DNA from: Spirochaetaceae bacterium
Lineage (GTDB): Bacteria; Spirochaetota; Spirochaetia; DSM-2461
Direction: 5' to 3'
DNA length: 64,000 nucleotides
Assembly (NCBI GenBank): GCA_051531975.1
Contig: JAOPTT010000004.1
Span: 64,001-128,000 of the forward strand
The stretch's first letter is position 1, and every line of letters starts with the position of its first letter. The notes below the pieces were generated by a model. The model ran no database searches, was not told where the DNA came from, and saw only the letters and a list, made by a program, of their open reading frames with translations. Made by a program: the position numbers and the translations under genes. Of the stretch, positions 31,761-41,632 are shown piece after piece.

Positions 31761-32597
31761 ATGCATGGACCTGAACAAATTAAAAACGAAGAAATTGAGA
31801 TTGATTTAGTATTAGAAGCTATATTAAAAATGAGTGATTTTGACTATAGGAATTATTCTAGATCCCACATTAAACGTAGGTTAAATCATAGATTAGCTAT
31901 AAGTGGATTTAGTAGGTATTCTGATCTAATTCCTGAAATTATATATAATCACGATCTTTTAAGAAAACTACTTTCTGACCTCTCAATCAATGTTACTGAA
32001 ATGTTTAGAGACCCAAGTTTTTTTAAAGAAATAATAGAAAAAGTATTTCCTTATATTCAAACGTATCCATTTGTAAAAATATGGCATGCAGGGTGTAGTT
32101 CCGGTCAAGAAGTTTACTCTATGGCCATACTGCTAAAAGAAGCAAATCTGTATAATAAGACTCAAATATATGCTACTGATTTTAATATGGATATTTTAGA
32201 TAGAGCTAAAGAGGCTATTTATCCTATAGACTATATCAAAACATATACAAATAATTACCAACAAGTTGGAGGTCACAACTCTTTTGTTGATTATTATACA
32301 GCTGACTCTGATTCTGCTACAATTTCACCTTTACTAAAAGAGAATATACTTTTCTCTTTTCATAATTTGGTTACAGATGGAGTTTTTGGTGAAATGAATA
32401 TAATTTCTTGTAGAAATGTGCTTATATATTTTGATCGAGATCTTCAGAATAGGGTATTAAAGCTATTTCATGAAAGTCTTGTTCCTGGTGGTTTTTTATG
32501 TTTAGGATCAAAAGAATCCATAAGATATTCAGAGGTTGATAAGTTATTTGAAACTGTATCTTTAACCGAGAAAATATACCGAAAAAGAGTTATATAA
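31761..32597 (+). CDS. cheR: CheR-family protein-glutamate methyltransferase
   Basis: VTEMFRD, IWHAGCSSGQEVYS, CRNVLIYF, GGFLCLG.KES. Confidence 0.93.
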   Translation: MHGPEQIKNEEIEIDLVLEAILKMSDFDYRNYSRSHIKRRLNHRLAISGFSRYSDLIPEIIYNHDLLRKLLSDLSINVTEMFRDPSFFKEIIEKVFPYIQTYPFVKIWHAGCSSGQEVYSMAILLKEANLYNKTQIYATDFNMDILDRAKEAIYPIDYIKTYTNNYQQVGGHNSFVDYYTADSDSATISPLLKENILFSFHNLVTDGVFGEMNIISCRNVLIYFDRDLQNRVLKLFHESLVPGGFLCLGSKESIRYSEVDKLFETVSLTEKIYRKRVI

Positions 32598-32599
32598 CT

Positions 32600-33172
32600 A
32601 TGGATGATTTTGATATTGTTGTTATAGGAGCATCGGCAGGAGGTCTTTCTGCTTTAGAATCTATACTTATGAACATAAACCGTTATATAAAAGTCCCAAT
32701 AGTTATAGTCCAGCACTTAAGCGCTAATAGTGGGGATTCTCTCGTTACCCTTTTAAAGAAATATTCTGTTATAGAACTATCAGAACCTATTGATAAAGAG
32801 TTTATTATGGATAACCATGTTTATTTAGCCCCAGCAGATTATCATGTTATGATTGAGAAAGACAGATCAATAAGTCTTAGTTTGGATCCTAAGGTTAATT
32901 ACTGTCGGCCAGCGATAGACGTTCTTTTCGAAACTGCAGCAGAGGTTTATTACGAAAAAACATTGGGGATTTTATTAACTGGGGCTAACTGCGATGGTAC
33001 CAATGGTTTTAAAGTTATAAAAAAGTTTAAAGGCACAACAATTGCACAAAATCCAGAAGAAGCACAGATAGCCACAATGCCAGAAAGTGCTATAAATGCA
33101 GGATATGTTGATTTTGTTTTGAATTTAAAAGAAATAAGTATTATGCTGAACAGAGTATTAAAGGAGATTTAA
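32600..33172 (+). CDS. cheB: CheB-type methylesterase lacking a REC domain
   Basis: Catalytic triad motifs GASAGG, VQH, LTGAN.DG; 190 aa. Confidence 0.92.
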   Translation: MDDFDIVVIGASAGGLSALESILMNINRYIKVPIVIVQHLSANSGDSLVTLLKKYSVIELSEPIDKEFIMDNHVYLAPADYHVMIEKDRSISLSLDPKVNYCRPAIDVLFETAAEVYYEKTLGILLTGANCDGTNGFKVIKKFKGTTIAQNPEEAQIATMPESAINAGYVDFVLNLKEISIMLNRVLKEI

Positions 33173-34185
33173 TGAGTCAACTCAATATACTGGTCGTAGA
33201 CGATATACCAGAAAATCTATTTTCTATGAAACAATTATTAGAGTCTGAGGATTTGGATCTGAATGTAATAACGGCTGAATCTGGTCTAATAGCTCTTGAG
33301 ATGACTCTCATATACAATTTTTCCTTAATTTTACTAGATGTTCAAATGCCAGAAATGAACGGTTATGAAACTGCTGAACTTTTAAGAGGTAGTAAAAAAA
33401 CAAAGTTTATACCTATTATTTTTGTAACTGCAAATAATAGAGAAGATAATAACATTTTTAAAGGTTACGAAAGTGGCGCAGTTGACTATCTTTTTAAACC
33501 TGTTAACCCAATTATTCTGTTAAGTAAGATAAAAGTATTTTTAGATCTTGGAAGGCAAAAAATTGCTTTAGAGCATAAAAGTCGAGAATTAGATATTAAA
33601 GTCAAAGAACTAGAAACTTTAAAACACGAATTAGAACTTAATAATAAAGCATTAGAACAACTTACAATGGAAGATGGATTAACATCTTTAGGTAATAGAC
33701 GATGTTTTGATATAACCTTAGATTCTGAATGGCAACGAGGTCTAAGATTTAGACAACCATTGTCAGTTGTAATGATAGATATCGATCACTTTAAGCCATA
33801 CAATGACACATATGGACATCAAGAGGGGGACATCTGCCTTAAAAGGGTTGCTAGTTCACTTAATTCTACACTTAAAAGACAATGTGATATTGTTACAAGA
33901 TATGGAGGAGAGGAGTTTGTTGCAATACTACCAGATACAAACTCTGAGGGAGCAGTACAAGTTGCAGAACGTATGTTACATGCTATTGATATATTAGATA
34001 TTTCCCATAGTACTTCTTTAACCCTTGATCATGTTACAGTCAGTTTAGGAGTTGCTACAGTTATTCCTGCCCCTGGGTCTATTCCTGAGTTTTTAATCAA
34101 AGCTGTGGATGCTGCTTTATATGATGCAAAAGCTGGTGGTCGAAACCAACTGGTTGTTGCTAAATCTGTTTCTGTCTTAAAATAA
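33172..34185 (+). CDS. response regulator diguanylate cyclase (REC-GGDEF)
   Basis: LLDVQMP receiver, coiled coil, D.LT, RYGGEEF with RxxD I-site (RQCD). Confidence 0.93.
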   Translation: MSQLNILVVDDIPENLFSMKQLLESEDLDLNVITAESGLIALEMTLIYNFSLILLDVQMPEMNGYETAELLRGSKKTKFIPIIFVTANNREDNNIFKGYESGAVDYLFKPVNPIILLSKIKVFLDLGRQKIALEHKSRELDIKVKELETLKHELELNNKALEQLTMEDGLTSLGNRRCFDITLDSEWQRGLRFRQPLSVVMIDIDHFKPYNDTYGHQEGDICLKRVASSLNSTLKRQCDIVTRYGGEEFVAILPDTNSEGAVQVAERMLHAIDILDISHSTSLTLDHVTVSLGVATVIPAPGSIPEFLIKAVDAALYDAKAGGRNQLVVAKSVSVLK

Positions 34186-35023
34186 ATTTGTATACAGATT
34201 TTATAATTAAGGTTAAAAGATATGTAAATCCGGCCAAAATAATAATTACAGGTCCAGATGGAGTATCTGTTATATAGCTTATTGTAATACCACTTATCGA
34301 AAATATCATTGTTAGACAAATTGTAGTTAATATTATTGGTGAAAGCCTTCTAAAAAATAACCCACTAATTGCAGAGGGAATTGTTAATAGAGCTATTACC
34401 ATTACTATACCTATTATTGTTGTCATTAGAACCACAGTTATTGCAGTTAATATTAGAATCACAAAGTAGTAAAAATTTGGATTACCACCTCTTATTGCTG
34501 TATACTCAGGGTCGAAGCTAGATGCTTGTAGCTTATTAAAAAATAGTATTCCAACAGTTATTACTATAATATCTAAGATTGTAACTAAATAAAGGTCCGT
34601 ATTGGATACAATTAGTATATTCCCAAATAGATAACTCATTGGGTCTGTATATCCATTTGTTTTAGATATAAAAAGTAGACCTACAGCCATTCCAATTGCC
34701 CATATAGCTCCTATTACAGAGTCTTCTCTCTGATTTGCATACATTTTTACAAAACCTATAATTAGGGCTGATATTATAGCTGCAATAAAAGCTCCTAAAG
34801 TAGGATGAAACCATGTCCATCCATATGCCTCATTAGCATAAATTGCAAAACCAATACCTGCTAAAACCGAATGACTAATTGCCCCAGCTATATAGCTTAT
34901 CTTTCTAATAACTACAAAAGTTCCAATAACACCAAAAGATATACTAGAAAGTAATCCAATAATTAATGCATTTCTTAGAAAAGGAATAGCTGGATTTAAA
35001 ACCGCCCCAATAAACTCATTCAT
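34160..35023 (-). CDS. Zn/Mn ABC transporter permease (ZnuB-like)
   Basis: AISH..L.G, YLFGNIL, FD.E, ALL..P, TPSGP. Confidence 0.92.
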   Translation of the reverse strand: MNEFIGAVLNPAIPFLRNALIIGLLSSISFGVIGTFVVIRKISYIAGAISHSVLAGIGFAIYANEAYGWTWFHPTLGAFIAAIISALIIGFVKMYANQREDSVIGAIWAIGMAVGLLFISKTNGYTDPMSYLFGNILIVSNTDLYLVTILDIIVITVGILFFNKLQASSFDPEYTAIRGGNPNFYYFVILILTAITVVLMTTIIGIVMVIALLTIPSAISGLFFRRLSPIILTTICLTMIFSISGITISYITDTPSGPVIIILAGFTYLLTLIIKSVYKFILRQKQI

Positions 35024-35771
35024 GTAGATCCTCCATTTTTGTCTGATGGTTAACTATTTTTACAGGTCTGCCAAAAAGTGTATCCATTGATTCTATTTCG
35101 ATTTTACCAGTAGGATGAATTTTAACCTCTTTATTAACGCATATAACCTTTTGCACATTTTCCGTTACAAATGTTAGGTCATGGCTTATTAGAATTATTG
35201 TCATTGATTCATTAAATCTAAAAAGTAACTCATATAATCTATTTTCTGTTATTTTATCTATATTGGATGTTGGCTCATCTAGAATTAAAACTTTTGGGTT
35301 AGAAACAACAGCTCTAGCTATTAAAACTCTCTGCCTCTGCCCTCCAGATAACTCTGAAAAGTGTCTTTTTTCAAATCCTACTAGATCTACATCCTTTAAG
35401 GCATTTAATGCAGCACTTTTATCCTTTGCTGTATAAAAAAGCCTACCTTTTTTTAAGCGACCCATTAATACAACATCCATAACGTTTATAGGGAAATCTA
35501 GATCAAAATTAGAGTACTGTGGAACATACCCTACATCACCTCTAGCTTTTAAAGGTGTCTGTCCAAATATCGTAATATATCCTTTTGATGGTTTTAATAA
35601 ACCTAGTATAAGTTTGGCTAAAGTTGACTTCCCACCACCATTTGGTCCAACAAAGCAGATAAAGCTACCTTTTTCTATGTGGAAATGTGCATTCTTTATT
35701 ACTAGATCATCTTTATATCTAAAGTTAACATTTTCAACTCTTATTTCATTTAACTCTGCAACAATACTCAA
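35016..35771 (-). CDS. Zn/Mn ABC transporter ATPase (ZnuC-like)
   Basis: GPNGGGKS, GYVPQ, FP..V.DVV.MG, LSGGQRQR, SHDL. Confidence 0.92.
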   Translation of the reverse strand: MSIVAELNEIRVENVNFRYKDDLVIKNAHFHIEKGSFICFVGPNGGGKSTLAKLILGLLKPSKGYITIFGQTPLKARGDVGYVPQYSNFDLDFPINVMDVVLMGRLKKGRLFYTAKDKSAALNALKDVDLVGFEKRHFSELSGGQRQRVLIARAVVSNPKVLILDEPTSNIDKITENRLYELLFRFNESMTIILISHDLTFVTENVQKVICVNKEVKIHPTGKIEIESMDTLFGRPVKIVNHQTKMEDLHE

Positions 35772-35815
35772 TTGATATTCCTTATTAGTTCAGTTTAAAT
35801 TATATATATATAAAA

Positions 35816-36553
35816 TTATATAAGTTTTTCTATACTTAGTGTTTTATAAATATAATCTGAAACTGTTTGTGGAGCACTTTTCCCTGGTAGTCCCCTTGCT
35901 TTAATAATATTGATATCTATTTTTTTTGCATATTTATAGTCTATACCACCATCATTACTAGCAACATCGATAATTAGAACACTTTTTTTACTGGTATCTA
36001 GGACTTTTTTGTCAATATTTAATTTAGGTATTGTATTGATAATAAAATCTGCTACCTTTAAGTCAGTAGTTATGTTACCACCTAATAACTTCAATAACTT
36101 TATTAAGTGTAAACTTATTCTACCAGAACCTATTATAGCAATATTTGCGTTGTTAATTGTTATATCACTTTTATCAATAATTATTTTTATTACCTCTTCA
36201 CATGCTGGAATTACTGTCATATCTGTAAAGGTTCTGTTTTTGGTTAAATCATATAATCTGTTATCATGGAAATTAAAAGGACCTCCAATTATTCTAGCAT
36301 CAGAATCAACTCTCTCTAACAGATGGTCTATGTGTATATTGTCGTAACTGTATGGTGAATATAGAGTGGAGTTGTCGATGGTAAAAGGGATAGGACATAT
36401 AACAGTGTTGTATCCCTTTAATTTGATGCTTTTTTTTGGGATTTTTTTAGTCAGATAGTCAAAACCTTCTAGTGTTACCTTGTGTTTATTCTCAAGCAGA
36501 GTTTTATATAGATAATAATTTGTTAAATCACCTGCAATAATTAATATTTTCAT
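35816..36553 (-). CDS. dipicolinate synthase subunit A (DpaA/SpoVFA)-like protein, divergent
   Basis: N-terminal I..GD...GFD, INTIP, IIDVAS..GG.DY.YA...I.....GLPGK.AP.T matches the SpoVFA C-terminus. Confidence 0.75.
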   Translation of the reverse strand: MKILIIAGDLTNYYLYKTLLENKHKVTLEGFDYLTKKIPKKSIKLKGYNTVICPIPFTIDNSTLYSPYSYDNIHIDHLLERVDSDARIIGGPFNFHDNRLYDLTKNRTFTDMTVIPACEEVIKIIIDKSDITINNANIAIIGSGRISLHLIKLLKLLGGNITTDLKVADFIINTIPKLNIDKKVLDTSKKSVLIIDVASNDGGIDYKYAKKIDINIIKARGLPGKSAPQTVSDYIYKTLSIEKLI

Positions 36554-36562
36554 ATGAATATA

Positions 36563-37054
36563 TTAAACAAGTTTTGGGTCTAATGAAATATGAATATCTT
36601 TATTTGTATCAAGTTGTATGTATTTTACTCCTGAACTATCAAATAGGCGTCTAGAAACTTTAAATACATCCTGGTCTTTATATTTATCAGAAAGATAAAT
36701 TACCTTAGTTATACCACTTTGAATTATTGCTTTCGCACATTCGTTGCATGGAAATAGACCAACATAAAGTTCTGCATCAGATATATCACTATTATTTGAA
36801 TTCAATATTGCATTTAGTTCTGCATGTACTATATACGGGTATTTTGTATCCATGAACTCCCCAGTTTTACTCCATGGGTAATCGTCATCAGAGCAGCCTT
36901 TAGGCAGTCCATTATAACCTATACCTAGTATTTTATTATCTTTAACGATACATGCTCCTACTTGAGTATTTGGGTCTTTGCTTCGTTTTCCAGATAAGAT
37001 AGCAATACCCATAAAATATTCATCCCAGGATATGTATGATTCTCTTTTTTTCAT
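36563..37054 (-). CDS. dCMP deaminase
   Basis: SWDEYFM, RSKDP.TQVGAC, HAE, PCNEC. Confidence 0.93.
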   Translation of the reverse strand: MKKRESYISWDEYFMGIAILSGKRSKDPNTQVGACIVKDNKILGIGYNGLPKGCSDDDYPWSKTGEFMDTKYPYIVHAELNAILNSNNSDISDAELYVGLFPCNECAKAIIQSGITKVIYLSDKYKDQDVFKVSRRLFDSSGVKYIQLDTNKDIHISLDPKLV

Positions 37055-37728
37055 TGTTTAATAAACTCTCTCGCAGCATCAATCCATATTACTGGAATTT
37101 CATGTTCAGATTTGTATTTTTTTATTATACTGTTTGTTGGTAACTTTTCAACTAGCTCCTGAAAATCAGCCTCAGATGTTAGTTGATCATTTTCTCCTCT
37201 AATAACTAATATATTATTAGAGGAAGAGTTGTATTTTGTATTAAAAGGAGAGATTAGTATGGTTTTAAACTGGATATCTTTGAGATCTAATCCAAGTACG
37301 ACATTACAACCTATAGAAAATGCAGTTACTGATACTGGATTGTTTTCTAATTTATTATCCTTTAAAACAGTACCAATGGCCTCAGAAATTCCAATAATAG
37401 ATTTTTCTATAAGCAGTTGTTTATCGTGGTTAGTCAGATCAGCAGTATTAAAATGTTTGTCATTTATTTCCCAATCCCCATGACCATAGAGATCAAATGC
37501 TATAAAAGGAGAATTTGTTTTAATTGATTCCTTTAATAAATTACCTAATTTTAGTACTGAGTTAAAACATAACCAGTCCTCTTTATCATGACCCTCTCCA
37601 TGTATTGCTATATTCACACACTCATTGGAAATTTCTGGAGAATAAAATAGATAAGGTACATAACCTACACTAGTTTCTATTTCTCCCTTTTTAATCTCAA
37701 AACCATTCCATAATATACTTTGTTTCAT
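37051..37728 (-). CDS. alpha/beta-hydrolase fold protein
   Basis: HG, DLYGHG, AFSIG nucleophile elbow, GEND, H near C-terminus. Confidence 0.7.
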   Translation of the reverse strand: MKQSILWNGFEIKKGEIETSVGYVPYLFYSPEISNECVNIAIHGEGHDKEDWLCFNSVLKLGNLLKESIKTNSPFIAFDLYGHGDWEINDKHFNTADLTNHDKQLLIEKSIIGISEAIGTVLKDNKLENNPVSVTAFSIGCNVVLGLDLKDIQFKTILISPFNTKYNSSSNNILVIRGENDQLTSEADFQELVEKLPTNSIIKKYKSEHEIPVIWIDAAREFIKQ

Positions 37729-37814
37729 CTATTTTTCCTAATAAAAGTCTATTAATAATTGTATGATTGATATATACTACGGTCAAACTATTTTATAATT
37801 TAAGGAGTATAATT

Positions 37815-38360
37815 ATGAGATTTTTAGTTATTTCTGATATTCATGGAAGTATTACGGCTTTTAAAAAAGTTTTAGCTATTTTTAATGGTGGTGATTTTGA
37901 TAAACTTCTTATATGTGGAGACCTATTATATCATGGTGCAAGAAACCCACTTCCTGAAGGTTATGATCCAAAAAATCTTAGTGACTTATTAAACAGCGTA
38001 AAAGAGAGCCTTATTGTTGTTAAAGGTAATTGTGAAAGTGAAGTTGATAGTATGGTATTAGAATTTCCCATATCTGGTGACTACTCCCATATTATCACAC
38101 CGAGTTTAGATGTTTTCTTGAGTCATGGACATATTTATAGCCCAGAAAACCTACCTGCATTAAAAGCCAATACCGTATTTATTTCTGGGCATACACATAT
38201 ACCTACTGCTGATAAAATTGGAGACACATATTGTTTCAATCCAGGATCTATTTCATTGCCAAAAGGTGGATTTGGTCCAAGTTATGGGTTATTGACGGAA
38301 AATATATGGGAAGTTCGGGATTTAAATGAAAATTTTGTAATAAAGTCGTGTAATTTATAG
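37815..38360 (+). CDS. yfcE: YfcE-type metallophosphodiesterase
   Basis: SDIHG, GDLLYHG.RN, GNC, HGH, GHTH, NPGS; ATG 37815 with AAGGAG SD. Confidence 0.88.
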   Translation: MRFLVISDIHGSITAFKKVLAIFNGGDFDKLLICGDLLYHGARNPLPEGYDPKNLSDLLNSVKESLIVVKGNCESEVDSMVLEFPISGDYSHIITPSLDVFLSHGHIYSPENLPALKANTVFISGHTHIPTADKIGDTYCFNPGSISLPKGGFGPSYGLLTENIWEVRDLNENFVIKSCNL

Positions 38361-38456
38361 TCTAAAAACAGTTGTTTACTAGATTATTCTGACATTGACT
38401 GTTATTCTGTTAATAACAAATTTGTTTATATTGTCAAAATAACCTAGGAGAGTTTT

Positions 38457-39050
38457 ATGCCTAAAATTGTAGATCATGAAGAAAGAAAAAGAGACATTAT
38501 GGAGATGGCTCTTGCGATTTTTATTGAAGAAGGCTATACAAATACAAAATTAGCTAATATTGCAGATAAGTGCTGTATTGCTAGAACTACTCTGTACCAA
38601 TATTTTGGGAATAAGGATGAAATTTTTAAATATGCAATAAAAACATTTACAGACTCATTACAAGTTGATTATAAAACATTAGGTGGTAGATTAGATATTC
38701 AACCAGATGCAAAACTTGAAATGATTATTAGAGATATAATTGATGTTTGTTTTACTAGAAGAGAGTTACTATTCCTATTACTAGAATTTTTAATTCAGGT
38801 TAAAAGTGAAGGTCGTCGTTTTGCGAGAAGTCTAAACAGACGTACTATTAGGATACGAAAGCTATTTTCTAGAATTATTAGTGATGGTATAAAAATGGAG
38901 ATGTTTAAGGATCTACATGTACCAAGTATGACAGATATATTAGTTAGTCAGATAGAATCTATTGTTGTACAGTTATCACTGACAGAACAATCAACTAGAG
39001 ACGAGAACATTACTCGGATGATGTGCCTTTTAGACTGTTTTAAAAAATAA
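38457..39050 (+). CDS. TetR/AcrR family transcriptional regulator
   Basis: MPKIVDH start, N-terminal HTH with LYQYF.NK; AGGAG SD. Confidence 0.92.
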   Translation: MPKIVDHEERKRDIMEMALAIFIEEGYTNTKLANIADKCCIARTTLYQYFGNKDEIFKYAIKTFTDSLQVDYKTLGGRLDIQPDAKLEMIIRDIIDVCFTRRELLFLLLEFLIQVKSEGRRFARSLNRRTIRIRKLFSRIISDGIKMEMFKDLHVPSMTDILVSQIESIVVQLSLTEQSTRDENITRMMCLLDCFKK

Positions 39051-39058
39051 GGGAATAT

Positions 39059-39649
39059 ATGGTAAATTTTAGACAAGCAAAGTTTGTAACTGCATTTAGT
39101 GCAAAATCAAAACCACCAGAAGATAGATTCATTGAAGTTGCTTTTGCAGGGCGTTCTAACGCTGGGAAATCAAGTTCTTTAAACGTATTAACCGATCAAA
39201 AAAAGCTAGCAAGAACCAGTAGTAAACCTGGGCGAACACAGCAGATAAACTTTTTTGGTTTAGATGATAAAAGATTTTTAGTTGACCTTCCAGGTTATGG
39301 ATATGCAGCTGTGTCTAAAACCTTGAAAGAAGAATGGCAAGGTCTAATGGAAGGTTTTCTCCGTAGTCGTCAGAGTCTAAAAGGTGTTGTTATTATTATG
39401 GATATTAGGCATCCGTTAAAAGAGAGTGACATTCAAATGATAGAGTGGTGCGATGAACGTGGTTTACCTATGCATCTTGTTTTAACAAAAGCTGACAAGA
39501 TTAAAAAGAATAAAATAAATCAGTCTCTGTTCTCTGTACAGAAAGCTATAAAAGATATTAAAACAGAAATATCATGCCAAGTCTTTTCCGCTGAAACTAA
39601 GCTTGGTCTATCTGAGCTAAAAGTTAAACTTAGAGGGTGGATGGAGTAA
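39059..39649 (+). CDS. engB: ribosome biogenesis GTPase YihA/YsxC/EngB
   Basis: GRSNAGKSS, PGRT, DLPGYG, TKAD. Confidence 0.96.
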   Translation: MVNFRQAKFVTAFSAKSKPPEDRFIEVAFAGRSNAGKSSSLNVLTDQKKLARTSSKPGRTQQINFFGLDDKRFLVDLPGYGYAAVSKTLKEEWQGLMEGFLRSRQSLKGVVIIMDIRHPLKESDIQMIEWCDERGLPMHLVLTKADKIKKNKINQSLFSVQKAIKDIKTEISCQVFSAETKLGLSELKVKLRGWME

Positions 39650-39652
39650 TAA

Positions 39653-40606
39653 TTGATAAAACCTATAGTTATCTTATTTGTATTGTTTTCTATTTTTAGT
39701 TGTTCACCACAATTAATTAAGGTTACAAACAAAAGTGAAGTAGGTTTTATAAACTCAAAATCCGAGGTCCTAATCGATTTTAAATATAAAAAAGCCTACA
39801 ACTTCTCGGATAAATATACTCCTGCTTCTTTAGATGGAAAGTTATGGGGGTATATTAATAAAAAGGGTAAACCAGTTATTGGTTTTGAATATGAAAGTAC
39901 AATCGGTTTTTCTGAAGATTATGCTGGAGTTAAACAAAATGGTAAGTGGGGTTTTATAAATAGAAGTGGAGATATTGTCATTCCTCTAATTTATCGAAAT
40001 GTATGTTCATATATCGATGGTATTGCAAGGGTTGAAAAAGATAATAGTACTTTCTATATAGATGAAAAGGGTGTAATCGTATTGAATCCAGCATATATTT
40101 ATTCTGGGGAGTTTCGTCAAGGTTATGCAGCTGTTCTTATTGAAAATAAATTTGGGTATATAGATCAAAAAGGTAAACTTTTAAGTGACAATACATATAC
40201 ATATGCCGGTGATTTCAATCAGGGTCTTGCCCCGGTATATCTTGATAATTATGCAGGATATATAGATCTAGAAGCCAATTTAGTATCAAAATTGAAGTAT
40301 ACCTATGTCTCGGAGTATTCTGAAGACTTAGCTTATGTTGAAACTACAACTTTTAAAGGTTATATAGATCTAGAAGGTGATAAAGCCTTTGCCACTAATT
40401 TCGATTATAGTCATAATTTTAATAGCGGATTAGCAAGAGTTGTCTTAAATGGTAAACAGGGTTTTATCAACAAAAGTGGAGAGATTATAATTCCATTGGA
40501 ATGGGACCTTGCTAAAGACTTTTCTAATAATTTTACAACTGTATACAGAGACTCAAAACTCTATGTTATCGATGTTAATAATAAGATTATATGGCCAAAT
40601 AATTAG
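39653..40606 (+). CDS. WG (KWG)-repeat lipoprotein
   Basis: Lipobox IFSC; about 8 repeats of F.EG.A.V...K.G(F/Y)I...G; TTG start. Confidence 0.88.
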   Translation: MIKPIVILFVLFSIFSCSPQLIKVTNKSEVGFINSKSEVLIDFKYKKAYNFSDKYTPASLDGKLWGYINKKGKPVIGFEYESTIGFSEDYAGVKQNGKWGFINRSGDIVIPLIYRNVCSYIDGIARVEKDNSTFYIDEKGVIVLNPAYIYSGEFRQGYAAVLIENKFGYIDQKGKLLSDNTYTYAGDFNQGLAPVYLDNYAGYIDLEANLVSKLKYTYVSEYSEDLAYVETTTFKGYIDLEGDKAFATNFDYSHNFNSGLARVVLNGKQGFINKSGEIIIPLEWDLAKDFSNNFTTVYRDSKLYVIDVNNKIIWPNN

Positions 40607-40608
40607 TA

Positions 40609-40637
40609 TAGACCCTACGTGTTAAGAGTTCTATAAT
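40609..40637 (+). promoter_or_regulatory. sigma70-type promoter, probable leaderless transcript (pyrC-nth)
   Basis: TAGACC-N17-TATAAT-N5-ATG, no SD. Confidence 0.58.
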
Positions 40638-40642
40638 AAGAT

Positions 40643-41632
40643 ATGAGAGAAATAACTATTATTAAACCAGACGATTTCCATATCCATCTAAGACAAGGTG
40701 AATCACTTAAAAATTACGCTAGGGATTCTGCAAGGCAGTTTAAACGTGGTATTATTATGCCAAATATAACTCCTCCAGTTACCTCAGTTTCAGATGTAAA
40801 CCGATATAGATCTTTAATTGAAGAAGCAGCACCAGGGTTTGAGGCATTAATGACATTTAAAATCCTACCAAAAACTAATCCAGAAGATATAATACATTTA
40901 CAAAAGGCTGGCGTATTAGCTGGGAAATATTACCCTGCAGGAGCTACTACAAACTCTGAAGATGGAATTGTCGACTGGACGATTATGATTCCTGTATTAA
41001 AAGAGATGGAAAGAGTAGGTATGGTTTTAAGTATTCATGGAGAGGTCCCTGAATCCTTTATATTAGATCGAGAGAAAGACTTTTTACCAATATTAAATGA
41101 TATACATACAACGTGCCCAAAACTTAAAATAATATTAGAACATGTTTCATCAAAAGATGCCGTTGATTTTATAAACAGTATGCCAGATAATGTTGTTGCA
41201 ACAGTTACTCTCCACCACCTTCTTTCGACAATTCAAGATGCTATTAACGATAGTAATAATAAATGTATGCCTATTCCTAAATTACCCATAGATAGGGAAG
41301 CTATTAAAAATGTTGTATTCTCTGGTAATAATAAATTCTTTTTTGGTTCTGATAGTGCTCCACATAAAATTGAAACTAAAAATTGTTTTCAGGCTAGTGC
41401 AGGTGTTTATACATCTCCTGTATTATTACCAAAACTTGTACAACTCTTTACTGAAAATGGTGTGATAGATAAACTTGAAAGTTTTACAAGCAAAATTGGG
41501 GCAGATTTTTATGGATTACCATATAATACTGAAACTATAACATTGATTAACAGGCCTATGGTTGTACCTACAGAGTTAAATGGAGTACGACCTTACTTAG
41601 CCGGAGAAACATTGGCTTGGAGTATTAAGTAG
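40643..41632 (+). CDS. pyrC: dihydroorotase (short, E. coli-type)
   Basis: DFHIHLR, MPN, KYYPAGATTNS, HGE, LEH, GSDSAPH. Confidence 0.93.
   Translation: MREITIIKPDDFHIHLRQGESLKNYARDSARQFKRGIIMPNITPPVTSVSDVNRYRSLIEEAAPGFEALMTFKILPKTNPEDIIHLQKAGVLAGKYYPAGATTNSEDGIVDWTIMIPVLKEMERVGMVLSIHGEVPESFILDREKDFLPILNDIHTTCPKLKIILEHVSSKDAVDFINSMPDNVVATVTLHHLLSTIQDAINDSNNKCMPIPKLPIDREAIKNVVFSGNNKFFFGSDSAPHKIETKNCFQASAGVYTSPVLLPKLVQLFTENGVIDKLESFTSKIGADFYGLPYNTETITLINRPMVVPTELNGVRPYLAGETLAWSIK

Noticed and set aside
31761..33172. cheR/cheB as part of a flagellar chemotaxis operon
   Set aside because: No cheA/cheW/cheY adjacent and CheB lacks REC; better explained as a kinase-associated system
39653..40606. 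Short DNA repeats such as TATATAGATCTAGAAG as a CRISPR or tandem array
   Set aside because: They reflect WG protein repeats within an intact CDS; no repeat-spacer array or cas genes seen in the window
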